Assembly (NCBI GenBank): GCA_049325535.1
Contig: JBMOKY010000001.1
Location: 157,002-221,001 of the forward strand
Direction: 5' to 3'
Origin: Patescibacteria group bacterium
Lineage (GTDB): Bacteria; Patescibacteriota; Patescibacteriia; UBA10025; JAHIVO01
DNA length: 64,000 nucleotides
The notes under the pieces are model-generated. The model did no database searches. It was not told where the DNA came from and was given only the letters and a program-made list of their open reading frames with translations. The translations under genes and the position numbers were made by a program. Positions 1-10,799 of this stretch are shown here, piece by piece (position 1 is the stretch's first letter; the number at the start of each line of letters is the position of its first letter).

Positions 1-3000
1 CTGGGAGGGGTCAAATGAATTTGGATTCCAGCTCCGGCAGTACGACCTGAAACGGTCCAATCAGAATAGCGGCCCGTGTACCAATATCGGCGCGGAAAAC
101 GATCCGGTGATTCAGGCGCAGCTCGGCTCGAATTGGCCGACCTGTCTGGACGGCGGATCAGTCGACCGTGACGGCGACGGTGCGGATGATGAATTCTACA
201 CTCCGGCTACCTGTGATCCGGCCGACGTCGGCGTCAATCCCGACTGTACTGAATTTTATGACGTGAGCGGCAATACCTACTATCTGCTGCGTTCGCGGGT
301 GATCTACGCCGACAGCAACTGTAAATCATACCGCAATACCGTCGATGGCGCGGACATGGTGTATCATATGGTACCGGGTGCCGGAATCAGCTGCCAGGCG
401 CAGTACGCCGGATGCCGCGCGTATAAAGGCAATGCCGGAGACAATGTCCGGCAGATCTACGTGGAGAATTTCGAAACTGGATCAATCGGCGCATGGACCG
501 GCAGCGGCAGCATCAGTACCGAGGCGACGAGCGCCGGCGGGCACTCCATGGCGGTGGCAAACAGCGTACAGATCACGGACGCCGGTTCGCGGCTCGGCTT
601 CCGTTCCGGTAATCAGTATTCCATTTCCTTCTGGGCGAAATCAGCCGTGTCATCGAGCACCACCGTGGCAGTCAGCCTAAATACCGCTCCCGCCATCACC
701 TTTACCGGGTCGGCGGTGGCCGCGGCGGGTCAGTGGAACCGATACACGCTTGGGCCGGTCTTTATCCCGACGGGAGTGGATCCATCGAGTGCTGCGTTGC
801 TTCTCTATAGCAATAACGCTTTTTATGTAGATAATATTGAAATCTCCGAAGTCGCGGAAAATATTTACCGCGTCAAAGATTCATATACCGAGTGCTCCGG
901 GTATGAGGGCTGCGATCTGTACACCGACCGTGACGGCAATCAGAATTATCTCAAATCATTCTCCCGTCTGTGCAGCGAGGATAAGGTCGGTTGTGAAGCT
1001 ATGTTCCATACACACAATTCCACATCACCGGAGGTCAGCTACTTCAATCGAGAGCGCTACCTACTCGGGGACGTGGATAATGACGGCCGCCTGACCAGCC
1101 GTGATGTCAGCCTGCTCAATGCCCGAATAAGTGGCACCGGAACATATGAAACTTTTACCGCCTACACCGTCGGTGACATGAATCGCGATAACGCCGTCAA
1201 TGCGACTGACGTCAGTCTGCTGCAGAACTACGTGAATACCGGCACGGCACCGGCTGAGCCGTACATATTTTATCAGGGTGATGGTATTCCGCGGGATGGC
1301 CTGGTGTTTGTGGTCAACGATCCGGCAAAATCATGCAGCGCGGCCGACAAAGGATGCTCCCGATTCGGGGCGCCGACCGTGAACGCGGACGGCAATGTCA
1401 CCGCGTACAGCGACATTTATCTGATCAACGATCCCGACCGTTACGCCGACAATCTGTGCGTCTTCAGCGAAAACATGTGTGAAGCCTACACGGCTGGTAA
1501 TGGGTCACAGTATTATTTCAAGGATCCGGGACAGAAGCTGTGCCAATTCAAGCGCGTCACCGGCCAGGACGTATCCGGCTGGTACAAACAGGGTACTGAC
1601 CAGGGCGCGCCGGACTGTCCGGTATCTATCGGCATCTGTACCGGCGGTGGAGACAATGACGGCGCGCTGTGCAACGAATCCAGCGACTGTGACAGCGATT
1701 TTTGCAATGCCAATCCGAACGTAGTATCGCAGCCGGCAGACGGCTGGGTAGGCAGCTGCCCAGCGGGCGCATCCGGATGTACTGAATACCGCGATCCAGA
1801 GCAGGTGCAATCCGGTAGTGAAATCGTGTCTCGCAATTACGCTCAGAACAATGGATTTGAAATATTTACCGACGGTTCCGGACCAGAAACCGACGGTCTG
1901 ATCAATACTCCCCTGCCGGATCTTTTTGACCGCTGGTCAAATGACTGGACGACGGCCGGTGTCTGTACCGGCAATGCCAATATCACCTGCAATACCGACC
2001 GCAACTGTTCAGTGGCCGGCGCCGGCACGTGCAATACTACCAGTCGCGCGGCCTGCGGTTTGCGCCTCTTGGCCACTGATGATTCGCACACCGGCGCGGC
2101 TGCCGCGGTGGGCGGGGTATTTGACGCCTGCGGCAAAAGCGTGGATACCACGTATCCGTACTACTCATGTATCGATGGCACTGGTGCTACGGTAGACGGG
2201 CTAGGAGCGGAGATTCCGAATTCCGGTGGCCGTCATGGCTGCATGAACGACAGCGAGTGTCCGGCTACGGCCTACTGTCAGGGTGATCCGGCGTACTACA
2301 GCTGGTATCGGGTGGATACGGATACCATCACGGACAATCGGGCGTTTTCCGTGTCATTTTACGCTAAACTGGATCCAAATGACCCGACATGCAATCCGAC
2401 GGGAGGCAATGATGACGTGTATTTTGGTCTGGTTCGTACGATAGATAATCGTCCGTGGCCCGACCAGCAGGTGGAGTATCGACCTGGTTTCACGTTCAAC
2501 GCGACCAGCGACTGGCAGCGGTTTGAAGGGGTGACGACGTTTGGTTCGACCGACCCTGATGACTGGTACAATACCACCGGTCCGGCGCAGGAACTACAAA
2601 ACCGATTTCAGCTGGTATTCCGGCAGGGTGCTATCGGCTCTGGGCCGGGCACTGAACAGTGCAATATTATATTTGATAGCTTCACCATCGCCGAGACCCT
2701 GGATACGCTGAACTATGTACCCTATTACTATATCAAGGATACGGTGGATACGAAGAGCTGCAATGGCCTGGTGGATCGCAATGAAGGCTGTCGGCTTTTC
2801 AATGACACGTCCCAGTCCAGCCTGACGTATGCCTCCACGCTTTCGGCTGATGGCGAGGCGCCGGTCGGGTGCAGCACGCCCGTCGAGTGCGATTCAAATA
2901 CCGTGGTGAAAGTGACCAAAGACCGCGAGTGCAAACGGTGGCTGGCCTGCGAGACGTCGGTGCAGCAGGAGGATGCCGAGGGTAATATCGAGGAGCTGTG

Positions 3001-6000
3001 TCTGTCGCGGTACGTCTGCGAAGAATTGGACCCCAATACCGGCCAGTGCACGAAAGTCGGCGAATACGAGAGCGTCAATCAGACGTATAACACGCCGACA
3101 TTTGCCAATGTCATAAAAAATTATACCGGTCTTTCGTTGGTTGGTTTGAACTGGGATCGTCGCTGCCAAAATGATCCAAATATCAGCTGTCGCAGTAATG
3201 CCGATTGTGATGGTGGTCTGTGCAGCGACGCGCAAATATATGAAGGCCGCTTGCCTGTGGCCGCCATGCAGGAACTGGGCGCCATCAGCATCCAGGGGGA
3301 ACTGGTAAAAAATGGCGATATGGGCGATAGCGACTATGCTCTGAATCAAAAATTATCATGTCCGCTGTCAGCCGCATCCGGGAGTGGTACCTGTCCGGAT
3401 ACGGGAAATGAAGGCGCCCGGGAAATCCCGCTCGGGTATCTGAATCCAAACTGGATGGCGCGGAACTGGGACGGCGGCATCACCAATATCACCTGGGCCG
3501 AAGAAGACGTCAGTAATGACGGTGCTGTTCCGTCGGCAAATGCTAATCTGGACGAAAATAACGTGGCGCGGGTACGGACCGGTGGTGACGTCGGCGGCGG
3601 CAGCGCTAACTGGAATGGTGTGTCCTACAATCTCGGGCTCGGCGCCCAGCGATCGGAGAGCTACTACGCGTCATTCCGGCTGCGCTGGTCCACGCCACCG
3701 TCGGAATATGACACGGTCCGGGTGCAATTCGCCTATCTGAATACCGGAGGTAGCGAAGTGGAATGGCTGACGCTGGGAGAGATGGCCCCGACGGAAACCT
3801 GGAAGGAATACGTACTCGGTCCGGCCGTCGTCGGCGAGACCAATAGCGGCGCTGGCGTCGATTTTGCCTCAATCCGGCTGCAGTTTGTTCATCACTACAA
3901 TGGTCCGAGCACCGTTCCGGCCGCGGAATTTTACCTGGATGACGTGTCGCTGAAGCCGGTGCTGGAAACCAAGGAGCAGGAGCAGGAACTGCTGGCTCGC
4001 GATTGCCGGCTGTACCCGAATTCCGATTCGCCGTACTGCACCTATATCGACGAAAATAACACGACGTTCAAAGGTTGGGAGGGGTATTGTATCCAGCGTG
4101 ATCCCCGGTACCAGAAATACTGCCTGCAGTGGTGGCCGGTCGATTTGCTCAAAGGCGAGTCAAATGTCTTTAGCTCGCTGAAAGTGACCGGGTACTCTGG
4201 TCGCCGGCCGCTCTACATGTGTCTGCAGTCGGATGGTCAATACAATCGGCCAAAAGATGTCCGCGGGGTCATCGCCACTACGTTTATCGATCGGGCGGTT
4301 AATCATTATTCGAATGAATCGAGTCACGATTGTGTGTCGGGCGACATGCGCGTATCGCCAATACGTAATCTCGATTTCCGCTATCGTGCGCCGATGTCCA
4401 CTGCTATCGCCTCCCAGGAGGGTGGCACCAGCGAGTGCGATGAGGCTGGAGCGATGGCCGGCACCGTGGCCAATTCGAGTATCCATACCAAGACGGGCAT
4501 TGCCGGTACCTGTGATGCCGGAGATGGTGATTCATGTGGGATTTACAATGGCACATTCGATGCAGCTGTCGGCGATCAATACTATAAATGGCAGGTGCAG
4601 GAGATAAATTTCGTGGTCCAGCGGTATTCCCATGATGACTGGGGGTATAATTGCACGACTCTGACTGATGACGGGTATTCGATGATGATACTCAACGAGA
4701 GCAACGGCTGGCATGCCACCTGGTCATGCTCTGGGAATGTGCTGGAAGTCAGGGTTAATTGGAGCGCCGCCAATCAACTACAATCGTATTATGTGCGCGC
4801 CAGCGACGGTAATAATGGTGGTGGTGTCTGGGCGCAGGGTATATTTCATCTGAATGAAATCTGCACACAGCTCGCCTCGGTAGTGTCATTTGATGAGGAT
4901 CACGTCTGGTTCGAGCGCACTGATTCCAGTTCACCCTATCTGCTGCCTGACCTCCTCTATACCTATCATCAGCACACTACGCCTTTTGGCGGCATCGTCC
5001 AGCCCACGCCGGCATACTCCACGCCGGAGAGCTGGCGCTGGGACAGTGGTCTGGGGACCGGACCGCTCCTGGTGCAGAATCAGGCGGATGATACGCTGGC
5101 CCACGGCGGATCGCCGTATAGCTGCGCTGGGGGACTCTGTCGCGGTCGAATGTGCAATTGGAATATCGATAATCCCTGCGCCACACGCGTGCAGCAGCAG
5201 GAGTGCCTACTGGGAGCGAATCCAGATCCAAACAATGGCGATGAGGGGTATTGCATCGGTTTGGGGCAGGGTTTCTGTACGGCCAATGCTGAGATATATT
5301 GCTCCGCGGATGCTGACTGCTTGGTCGGGGCAAATGATTTTGGCCCATGTCAGCTCGGCGGCGGTGGCGCGGCTGGATTGACGACGACTGACCAGGCCAT
5401 CGACCATGTACAACGGCTCTTTGCCCGACCGGTATCAAACGGCGGGAATGTCGCCTGGACATGGGACAATGCCACCGGCCGGTATGGTGCTACCAATGCG
5501 CTTTTGAGCGGATGGATCACTGAATATAATGCTATGCCCGCCTGCCCGTACAATGCGGTCAAAGGATCGGCCGACCGGGCACTCGCTTCATTTCCGGCTG
5601 ATTACTGTGGCGTGCCGCCTACGGTCAGTAATGTATTGTGCGGCGCTGGCGGCAATCCGAGTCAGGGTGGCTGCAGCAATGTCAGCGCCGGACAGGTGAT
5701 TCAGTTGACATTCAATGTCAATGCCGATCCGAACCAAAAACCGGTCAAACTCATTGAGGTTGATTTTGACGGCGACGGGGTGCCGGATTATTCCACGGTG
5801 GGCAGCTATGATTCTGGAAATGTGTATGTGACGCACGAGTACACCACCGGCGGTAATTATTCACCGCGCATCCGCATCGTCGATAACTGGGGCTGGTGTG
5901 GAGTGATTAAGGACGCGGGGTCGAGCTGTCCCACCGGCGACTGCCGCGATACGAGCATCGACGGGTCAGCGTGCGCGTGGATCGGTACCGGTTTGTCCAT

Positions 6001-6016
6001 CAATGTATCTCCTTAA
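1..6016 (+). CDS. Giant secreted/surface Cys-rich multidomain protein (5'-truncated): CBM-like jelly-roll domains, dockerin, 4-Cys modules, C-terminal PKD-like domain
   Basis: Frame is open from nt 2 (WEGSNEFGFQLRQYDL...) into ORF 107..6016, so the true start is upstream of the window. Dockerin duplicated Ca-loops GDVDNDGRLTSRDVSLL / GDMNRDNAVNATDVSLL; CBM-like segments (ENFETG...YSISFWAK...FYVDNIEI; NNGFE...SVSFYAK; FYLDDVSL); C-terminal VDFDGDG...THEYTTGGNYSPRIRIVDN. Confidence 0.85.
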   Translation, partial: WEGSNEFGFQLRQYDLKRSNQNSGPCTNIGAENDPVIQAQLGSNWPTCLDGGSVDRDGDGADDEFYTPATCDPADVGVNPDCTEFYDVSGNTYYLLRSRVIYADSNCKSYRNTVDGADMVYHMVPGAGISCQAQYAGCRAYKGNAGDNVRQIYVENFETGSIGAWTGSGSISTEATSAGGHSMAVANSVQITDAGSRLGFRSGNQYSISFWAKSAVSSSTTVAVSLNTAPAITFTGSAVAAAGQWNRYTLGPVFIPTGVDPSSAALLLYSNNAFYVDNIEISEVAENIYRVKDSYTECSGYEGCDLYTDRDGNQNYLKSFSRLCSEDKVGCEAMFHTHNSTSPEVSYFNRERYLLGDVDNDGRLTSRDVSLLNARISGTGTYETFTAYTVGDMNRDNAVNATDVSLLQNYVNTGTAPAEPYIFYQGDGIPRDGLVFVVNDPAKSCSAADKGCSRFGAPTVNADGNVTAYSDIYLINDPDRYADNLCVFSENMCEAYTAGNGSQYYFKDPGQKLCQFKRVTGQDVSGWYKQGTDQGAPDCPVSIGICTGGGDNDGALCNESSDCDSDFCNANPNVVSQPADGWVGSCPAGASGCTEYRDPEQVQSGSEIVSRNYAQNNGFEIFTDGSGPETDGLINTPLPDLFDRWSNDWTTAGVCTGNANITCNTDRNCSVAGAGTCNTTSRAACGLRLLATDDSHTGAAAAVGGVFDACGKSVDTTYPYYSCIDGTGATVDGLGAEIPNSGGRHGCMNDSECPATAYCQGDPAYYSWYRVDTDTITDNRAFSVSFYAKLDPNDPTCNPTGGNDDVYFGLVRTIDNRPWPDQQVEYRPGFTFNATSDWQRFEGVTTFGSTDPDDWYNTTGPAQELQNRFQLVFRQGAIGSGPGTEQCNIIFDSFTIAETLDTLNYVPYYYIKDTVDTKSCNGLVDRNEGCRLFNDTSQSSLTYASTLSADGEAPVGCSTPVECDSNTVVKVTKDRECKRWLACETSVQQEDAEGNIEELCLSRYVCEELDPNTGQCTKVGEYESVNQTYNTPTFANVIKNYTGLSLVGLNWDRRCQNDPNISCRSNADCDGGLCSDAQIYEGRLPVAAMQELGAISIQGELVKNGDMGDSDYALNQKLSCPLSAASGSGTCPDTGNEGAREIPLGYLNPNWMARNWDGGITNITWAEEDVSNDGAVPSANANLDENNVARVRTGGDVGGGSANWNGVSYNLGLGAQRSESYYASFRLRWSTPPSEYDTVRVQFAYLNTGGSEVEWLTLGEMAPTETWKEYVLGPAVVGETNSGAGVDFASIRLQFVHHYNGPSTVPAAEFYLDDVSLKPVLETKEQEQELLARDCRLYPNSDSPYCTYIDENNTTFKGWEGYCIQRDPRYQKYCLQWWPVDLLKGESNVFSSLKVTGYSGRRPLYMCLQSDGQYNRPKDVRGVIATTFIDRAVNHYSNESSHDCVSGDMRVSPIRNLDFRYRAPMSTAIASQEGGTSECDEAGAMAGTVANSSIHTKTGIAGTCDAGDGDSCGIYNGTFDAAVGDQYYKWQVQEINFVVQRYSHDDWGYNCTTLTDDGYSMMILNESNGWHATWSCSGNVLEVRVNWSAANQLQSYYVRASDGNNGGGVWAQGIFHLNEICTQLASVVSFDEDHVWFERTDSSSPYLLPDLLYTYHQHTTPFGGIVQPTPAYSTPESWRWDSGLGTGPLLVQNQADDTLAHGGSPYSCAGGLCRGRMCNWNIDNPCATRVQQQECLLGANPDPNNGDEGYCIGLGQGFCTANAEIYCSADADCLVGANDFGPCQLGGGGAAGLTTTDQAIDHVQRLFARPVSNGGNVAWTWDNATGRYGATNALLSGWITEYNAMPACPYNAVKGSADRALASFPADYCGVPPTVSNVLCGAGGNPSQGGCSNVSAGQVIQLTFNVNADPNQKPVKLIEVDFDGDGVPDYSTVGSYDSGNVYVTHEYTTGGNYSPRIRIVDNWGWCGVIKDAGSSCPTGDCRDTSIDGSACAWIGTGLSINVSP

Positions 6017-6035
6017 TCAGGTGAAGACGTCTTCC

Positions 6036-9000
6036 ATGTTTTACGGGTTGCGACAACGTGTATACTCATTATTTTCTACCAGACCGCGCCGGCGCGTCTG
6101 GCTGGGTATTGGCGTGGTGGTGATGTGCGTGGTGGTGGGCACTCTTGGCATCACTACGCTGGTGGAGGCACAGACAAATACAAATACAAATAGTACCGGA
6201 ACCAGCATCACGGATATCGCGGTGGGTGCCCTGGCCCGTGGTATTTCCAATATACTCATCTGGGTGGCTTCCCTACTGGGGAAACTGCTGGTGGTCATCA
6301 TCGACATATTTATCGATATCGCCCAGTACAATGAATTTTCCACATCGCCGGTGATCGAGCGCGGCTGGACCGTGGTTCGGGATGTGGCCAATATGTTTTT
6401 TGTGCTGGTGCTCTTAGTCATCGCATTTGGCACCATCCTGAAAATAGAATCCTATCGCTACCAGCGTCTGCTGCCAAAACTGGTGATCATGGCGGTGCTG
6501 ATCAATTTTTCTAAACTAATTGCCGGTTTTTTCATAGATTTTTCGCAGGTGGTGATGCTTACATTCGTCAATGCGTTTGCCGATACGGCTGCTCAGAATT
6601 TCACTTCGGTGCTGAAGCTCAGGGAGATGCTGGAATTTTTTAAGACGAACAATGGCCAGCCGCTCCAAACGGTGTCCAATGCTGAGCTGATCGGCGCGCC
6701 GCTTTTAGCGGTTTTTCTCTTGATCATAGCCATCATGGTGATGGTGGTGATGTTGGTGATGATTACCATCCGCCTGATCGCGCTGTGGATACTGGTCGTA
6801 CTGTCGCCATTGGCCTATCTGGCAGCCACCATGCCCATGACCTCGAAATACAGCAGCCAGTGGTGGAGCACGTTTGGCAAATGGGTCACTACCGGTCCGA
6901 TTCTCGGCTTTTTCCTGTGGCTGTCACTGGCGGTGATGACCTCAAATCCCGACTTGATTGGCTCGACCGTTCAAACCGATACGACCATCATTCAGGATTC
7001 ACAGATCAGCGCGTCCATCACCGAGGTGTCCAATTCAAAAAATATGCTCGGGTTCATGCTGGGGATTTCCATGCTGGCCATATCACTGGCCGTGGCGTCC
7101 AGCCTGGGGGGGACGGCTGGCCGCATCGCCGGGCAGTTTTCCGACCGGGTGAAAAAGATGGGGTCACGCACCTTGCGCATCGCCGGAGCGCCGGCCATCG
7201 GCGTGGGCAAAGCCGCCCAATACGGCATCCAGTCCGGCCAGCGTTTCCTCGGCCGGAAGATGCGTGAGAGTGACAGCCGACTGCTCAACATGATGACCCC
7301 GGAATACTGGAAAGGCTGGCAAAAACGCGGTGAACGACTGGGCGAAGAGGCGAAAACTAAAGTGGCCGGACGGGGCGAATATTTCGCCGAACGGTTTTTC
7401 AAAGGCAAGGACGCGGCCATGGATCGCGAGGAAATGGCCGACCGGCAGGTGATCGTATCGCTGCAGGCTGATTTCAATAAAGAAATGGGTGCGGCTGGTG
7501 ATTCGCGGCAGGCCATGATGGACGTTGCCCGTCGCGTGTTCAATACCGGCGGCCATGAGGGTGAAAATCTGCAGCAGGCCTTTCTGGAACTAGCCGCCCG
7601 CAAAGGAAATCTCGATGACGTGTATGAGGGTTTTGCCAGCATGTACAAATCGGACAATACCATGCGCCAGCGGATCAATGACCGGTTTGTCAAAAACGGG
7701 TACAAAACCAGCGAAGTGGAGCAGATGTTTGAAACCCAGGATTCAAACGCATACCGCATGTTTGCTTCGACATTCCTCGGCGTTGATCGTAAATTCGTGG
7801 AGGGTGAAAGGGATGACAAGGGCAATATCATAAAAACGTCCCGCGAGGTGGCCATGGAAAACAAAGGTGACCGGGCTTCTCAGCGAAAATTGCGCGCGCT
7901 GGCTGGACTGTCCGAGACGGTCAAAGGCGTGGGGCACTGGGAGCAGTATATGGCGACCAAAGATACGTCCGATGGTTTTTATTATTTGATGGATGAGCGG
8001 GAACGACGGGATGAAATCAAAGGTGAGGCAAAAAAAATGGGCGCTCGGGATTTCCTACGCACGGTGGCGCCGCACGTCATCCTGCCCCGGGCGTGGGTGG
8101 CTCAGCGCGATGAAAATGGGAAATTGATTGAAGATGAGAAACATGGTGATTATCTCGAGGAAGATAAGAAAAAATTCCTGACCAATGCCGATGGCAGCTA
8201 CCGGCGCGATGCCAATGGCGAATATATGGTACAGGACGAGGCCACTGGTCGGGAGGTAGCCGTTTCAGAGGCCGTGGACGAGAATGGAGAGCGCCGATTC
8301 AAGAAATACCAGCACGCCTTCCAGGCCAGCCCGATGGGTCCCGCAGAAGACAGTGCTGAATTTGAAATGTTCCGTGACCTTTTCGGCGGCCAGCATATCG
8401 CTGAAATGCGGCAGATGCAGTCGCGTATCGCCGATCAGATTATCGGTAAATATTTTGACAGCCTCGGGAACTATATCGCTACCGAAGAAGAAGCCGTCCG
8501 CCGCGGATTTAAGGAGACATTTAAGACAGACCCGAATACAGGCGAAGTGATCACGGACGAGAAAACTGGCAAACCAGTGGTGGAGGTATCAGCCCGGCGT
8601 AACGCGATCAATGATTTCAAGCGATTGTACGAAACCAATCCGGCCATTGTCCGCGGTTTGTATAATCTGAAATACGGAAATAAAGCTGACTCCAAACCAG
8701 CCGGCGGATATCCGTGGGAGGCGGGATATGTGGACCGGATCCAGCCTGAGGAGATTGATCGGCACCGAAAAGTGCTGGCCCAACATATCAATTATTCCGG
8801 GATTCTGGAAGTCGCCCGCGGATCAGATGTCAATCTGGGCGATCCTGCGAATATAAAAAACGTAGCCGACATCCGCAATACTCTGCAAAATACCGATTAT
8901 GCCGGACAAAAGGGCCTGATTTCCCGGGAGCGGGTTTTCCAGATGATGCGAGATATGGATCGGGCGACCAAATGGGATCCAGACCGGGCGAAACCGGGCA

Positions 9001-10787
9001 AGGAGTCCCTGGTCGAAGATCTGCGGGACCAGCTGAAAGAGAAAGAGGCGGAATTAGCTACGGCGAAGAATTCTGAAGAGCGGGCGGAGATCAAAAGTAA
9101 AATTTCCGGATTGCACCGGCAGATCAAGCAGAATACCGGTTACTATTGGGAGGATGTTACCTTGCCAAATGGCGATCCTGATCCAGATCGGCAATATACT
9201 ACCTATGCGCTGGAAGCTGAAGCGATCATCCAGAAAGACGTGGAAGCCAGCTTGTCAAAAGTATTGGCGGAAAAGGTGGGCAAATTGAAGCTGGGAAATG
9301 GCAAAACCATCCTGGATACTGAACTGGCGGCGGGTGAGGCCGCGGCTGAGGAGCGGATACGGGCGGAGAATATTACTGATTCTGGTCGGCGCAAAGAGGT
9401 CAAGGAAGAAGAACAAAAGAAAGCTACCGAGCGGGCAAACAGTAAGATAAAGGATATGGTCAAAGGGATGATGCAGGTAGGCGCTGAGGATGTCGTGCGG
9501 TCACGGTATTTGACTGACGAAGAGCTGGATCAGCAGGCTGAGCGGGAAAAGGTGATGAAAAAGCGAGCGACTGCCGCCCGGACCGAGAAAGTCGAGCCGG
9601 CGCAGGGCCCGATCATCACGCCGAGCAAACCCGTGCCAGTGCCCGAGCAGGCGGTACAGATCCTACAGAGAGGACTGGATACATTCCGCAAGATGGCCAC
9701 GGACGAGTCGGGTCAGATGTCTGATTCTGATACGGAAATGGCTCGGGATATGGAACAGCAGATTGAGGCACTGCGAAACGGCAGCCAAAAAGAAATTGCC
9801 GGGGTACTCGAAAGCCTAGATGATTATATTGAGCATTTACAATGGAGTATCAACGCCTACCCCGACCTTTACTCTGACCCCAATTCTGAGGATGGAATGC
9901 AGATAAGATCAACCTTGCGTGATTTTGAAAAAGCGCGGGACAGCGTTGCGGTTTCATTGGCTTCGGCACGTTCAACTGGTCTGGATGATGAGGCCATCAG
10001 GAAATTGAGCGATGAATTGGTTGATCTGTTGCGGACGCAGCATCAGCAGCAGGATCAAGAGCGACAGTCGGGTCGGGGCGCAGTGCCAGCGGCGGAAAAG
10101 GAGGAAGTGGCACGTAATATCAATCAGATTATGGCGGAGCTCGGTGAACACGTCACCTCCCAGCGCGACAGCATGATCCAGCGGCTGCAATCAGCGGGTA
10201 CCGAAGCTGAGAAGGAGGCCATCCGCCAGCAGATAGATGAATTGAATGCGATGCTGGTCAATCCGCAGATGCAGGCCCAAGCGCAGATACCGACCGCCGA
10301 AGGGCTGAACAATCCTTCGTTTGATTTCGGACTGAAAAATATGGAGAAATTTACCGGTGAACTGAAGAAAACACTGGAGGAAACTACGGATTCACTGAAA
10401 GAATTCCCCAAACTTGCCGCTGACGTGAGCAAGACGCTAAATGAATTTTCCCAGTCGCTCGGGCGTGCCAGTAAAGATCTGACCGGCAATAGCAAGACCA
10501 CCATGGAAAACCTGAATAAGTCAGTGGAAGGCATGCGTAACCAATCATCGCAGTGGGCCGTCGGGTCGCGTACCGCCAGTCCGGCTGAGCAGCAGCAGTT
10601 CCTCTGGAGCATCGTTCAGCTGACTAAGGCTCTGAAAGACCAACAGCGTACTGCCACGACTACTGCCGCCAAAGCCGAAGCGGAAAAGTCAAACCGTCGG
10701 GAACCGGAGCAACCCGGGACAGCATCCGCGACAGACCGGAGGAATCCTCGTCAGCCAAAATCAGACGGCAACCCTGACATTTCCTAA
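6036..10787 (+). CDS. VirB6/TrbL-like polytopic membrane protein with ~1,200-aa charged C-terminal extension
   Basis: ORF 6003..10787; ATG 6036 avoids overlap with the previous gene. N-terminal ~370 aa has multiple TM helices with GWTVVRDVANMFF, LINFS, RLIALWILVVLSPLAY, WWSTF motifs typical of CPR VirB6-like proteins; remainder E/K/R/Q-rich helical. Confidence 0.7.
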   Translation: MFYGLRQRVYSLFSTRPRRRVWLGIGVVVMCVVVGTLGITTLVEAQTNTNTNSTGTSITDIAVGALARGISNILIWVASLLGKLLVVIIDIFIDIAQYNEFSTSPVIERGWTVVRDVANMFFVLVLLVIAFGTILKIESYRYQRLLPKLVIMAVLINFSKLIAGFFIDFSQVVMLTFVNAFADTAAQNFTSVLKLREMLEFFKTNNGQPLQTVSNAELIGAPLLAVFLLIIAIMVMVVMLVMITIRLIALWILVVLSPLAYLAATMPMTSKYSSQWWSTFGKWVTTGPILGFFLWLSLAVMTSNPDLIGSTVQTDTTIIQDSQISASITEVSNSKNMLGFMLGISMLAISLAVASSLGGTAGRIAGQFSDRVKKMGSRTLRIAGAPAIGVGKAAQYGIQSGQRFLGRKMRESDSRLLNMMTPEYWKGWQKRGERLGEEAKTKVAGRGEYFAERFFKGKDAAMDREEMADRQVIVSLQADFNKEMGAAGDSRQAMMDVARRVFNTGGHEGENLQQAFLELAARKGNLDDVYEGFASMYKSDNTMRQRINDRFVKNGYKTSEVEQMFETQDSNAYRMFASTFLGVDRKFVEGERDDKGNIIKTSREVAMENKGDRASQRKLRALAGLSETVKGVGHWEQYMATKDTSDGFYYLMDERERRDEIKGEAKKMGARDFLRTVAPHVILPRAWVAQRDENGKLIEDEKHGDYLEEDKKKFLTNADGSYRRDANGEYMVQDEATGREVAVSEAVDENGERRFKKYQHAFQASPMGPAEDSAEFEMFRDLFGGQHIAEMRQMQSRIADQIIGKYFDSLGNYIATEEEAVRRGFKETFKTDPNTGEVITDEKTGKPVVEVSARRNAINDFKRLYETNPAIVRGLYNLKYGNKADSKPAGGYPWEAGYVDRIQPEEIDRHRKVLAQHINYSGILEVARGSDVNLGDPANIKNVADIRNTLQNTDYAGQKGLISRERVFQMMRDMDRATKWDPDRAKPGKESLVEDLRDQLKEKEAELATAKNSEERAEIKSKISGLHRQIKQNTGYYWEDVTLPNGDPDPDRQYTTYALEAEAIIQKDVEASLSKVLAEKVGKLKLGNGKTILDTELAAGEAAAEERIRAENITDSGRRKEVKEEEQKKATERANSKIKDMVKGMMQVGAEDVVRSRYLTDEELDQQAEREKVMKKRATAARTEKVEPAQGPIITPSKPVPVPEQAVQILQRGLDTFRKMATDESGQMSDSDTEMARDMEQQIEALRNGSQKEIAGVLESLDDYIEHLQWSINAYPDLYSDPNSEDGMQIRSTLRDFEKARDSVAVSLASARSTGLDDEAIRKLSDELVDLLRTQHQQQDQERQSGRGAVPAAEKEEVARNINQIMAELGEHVTSQRDSMIQRLQSAGTEAEKEAIRQQIDELNAMLVNPQMQAQAQIPTAEGLNNPSFDFGLKNMEKFTGELKKTLEETTDSLKEFPKLAADVSKTLNEFSQSLGRASKDLTGNSKTTMENLNKSVEGMRNQSSQWAVGSRTASPAEQQQFLWSIVQLTKALKDQQRTATTTAAKAEAEKSNRREPEQPGTASATDRRNPRQPKSDGNPDIS

Positions 10788-10799
10788 TCATACTGATGC

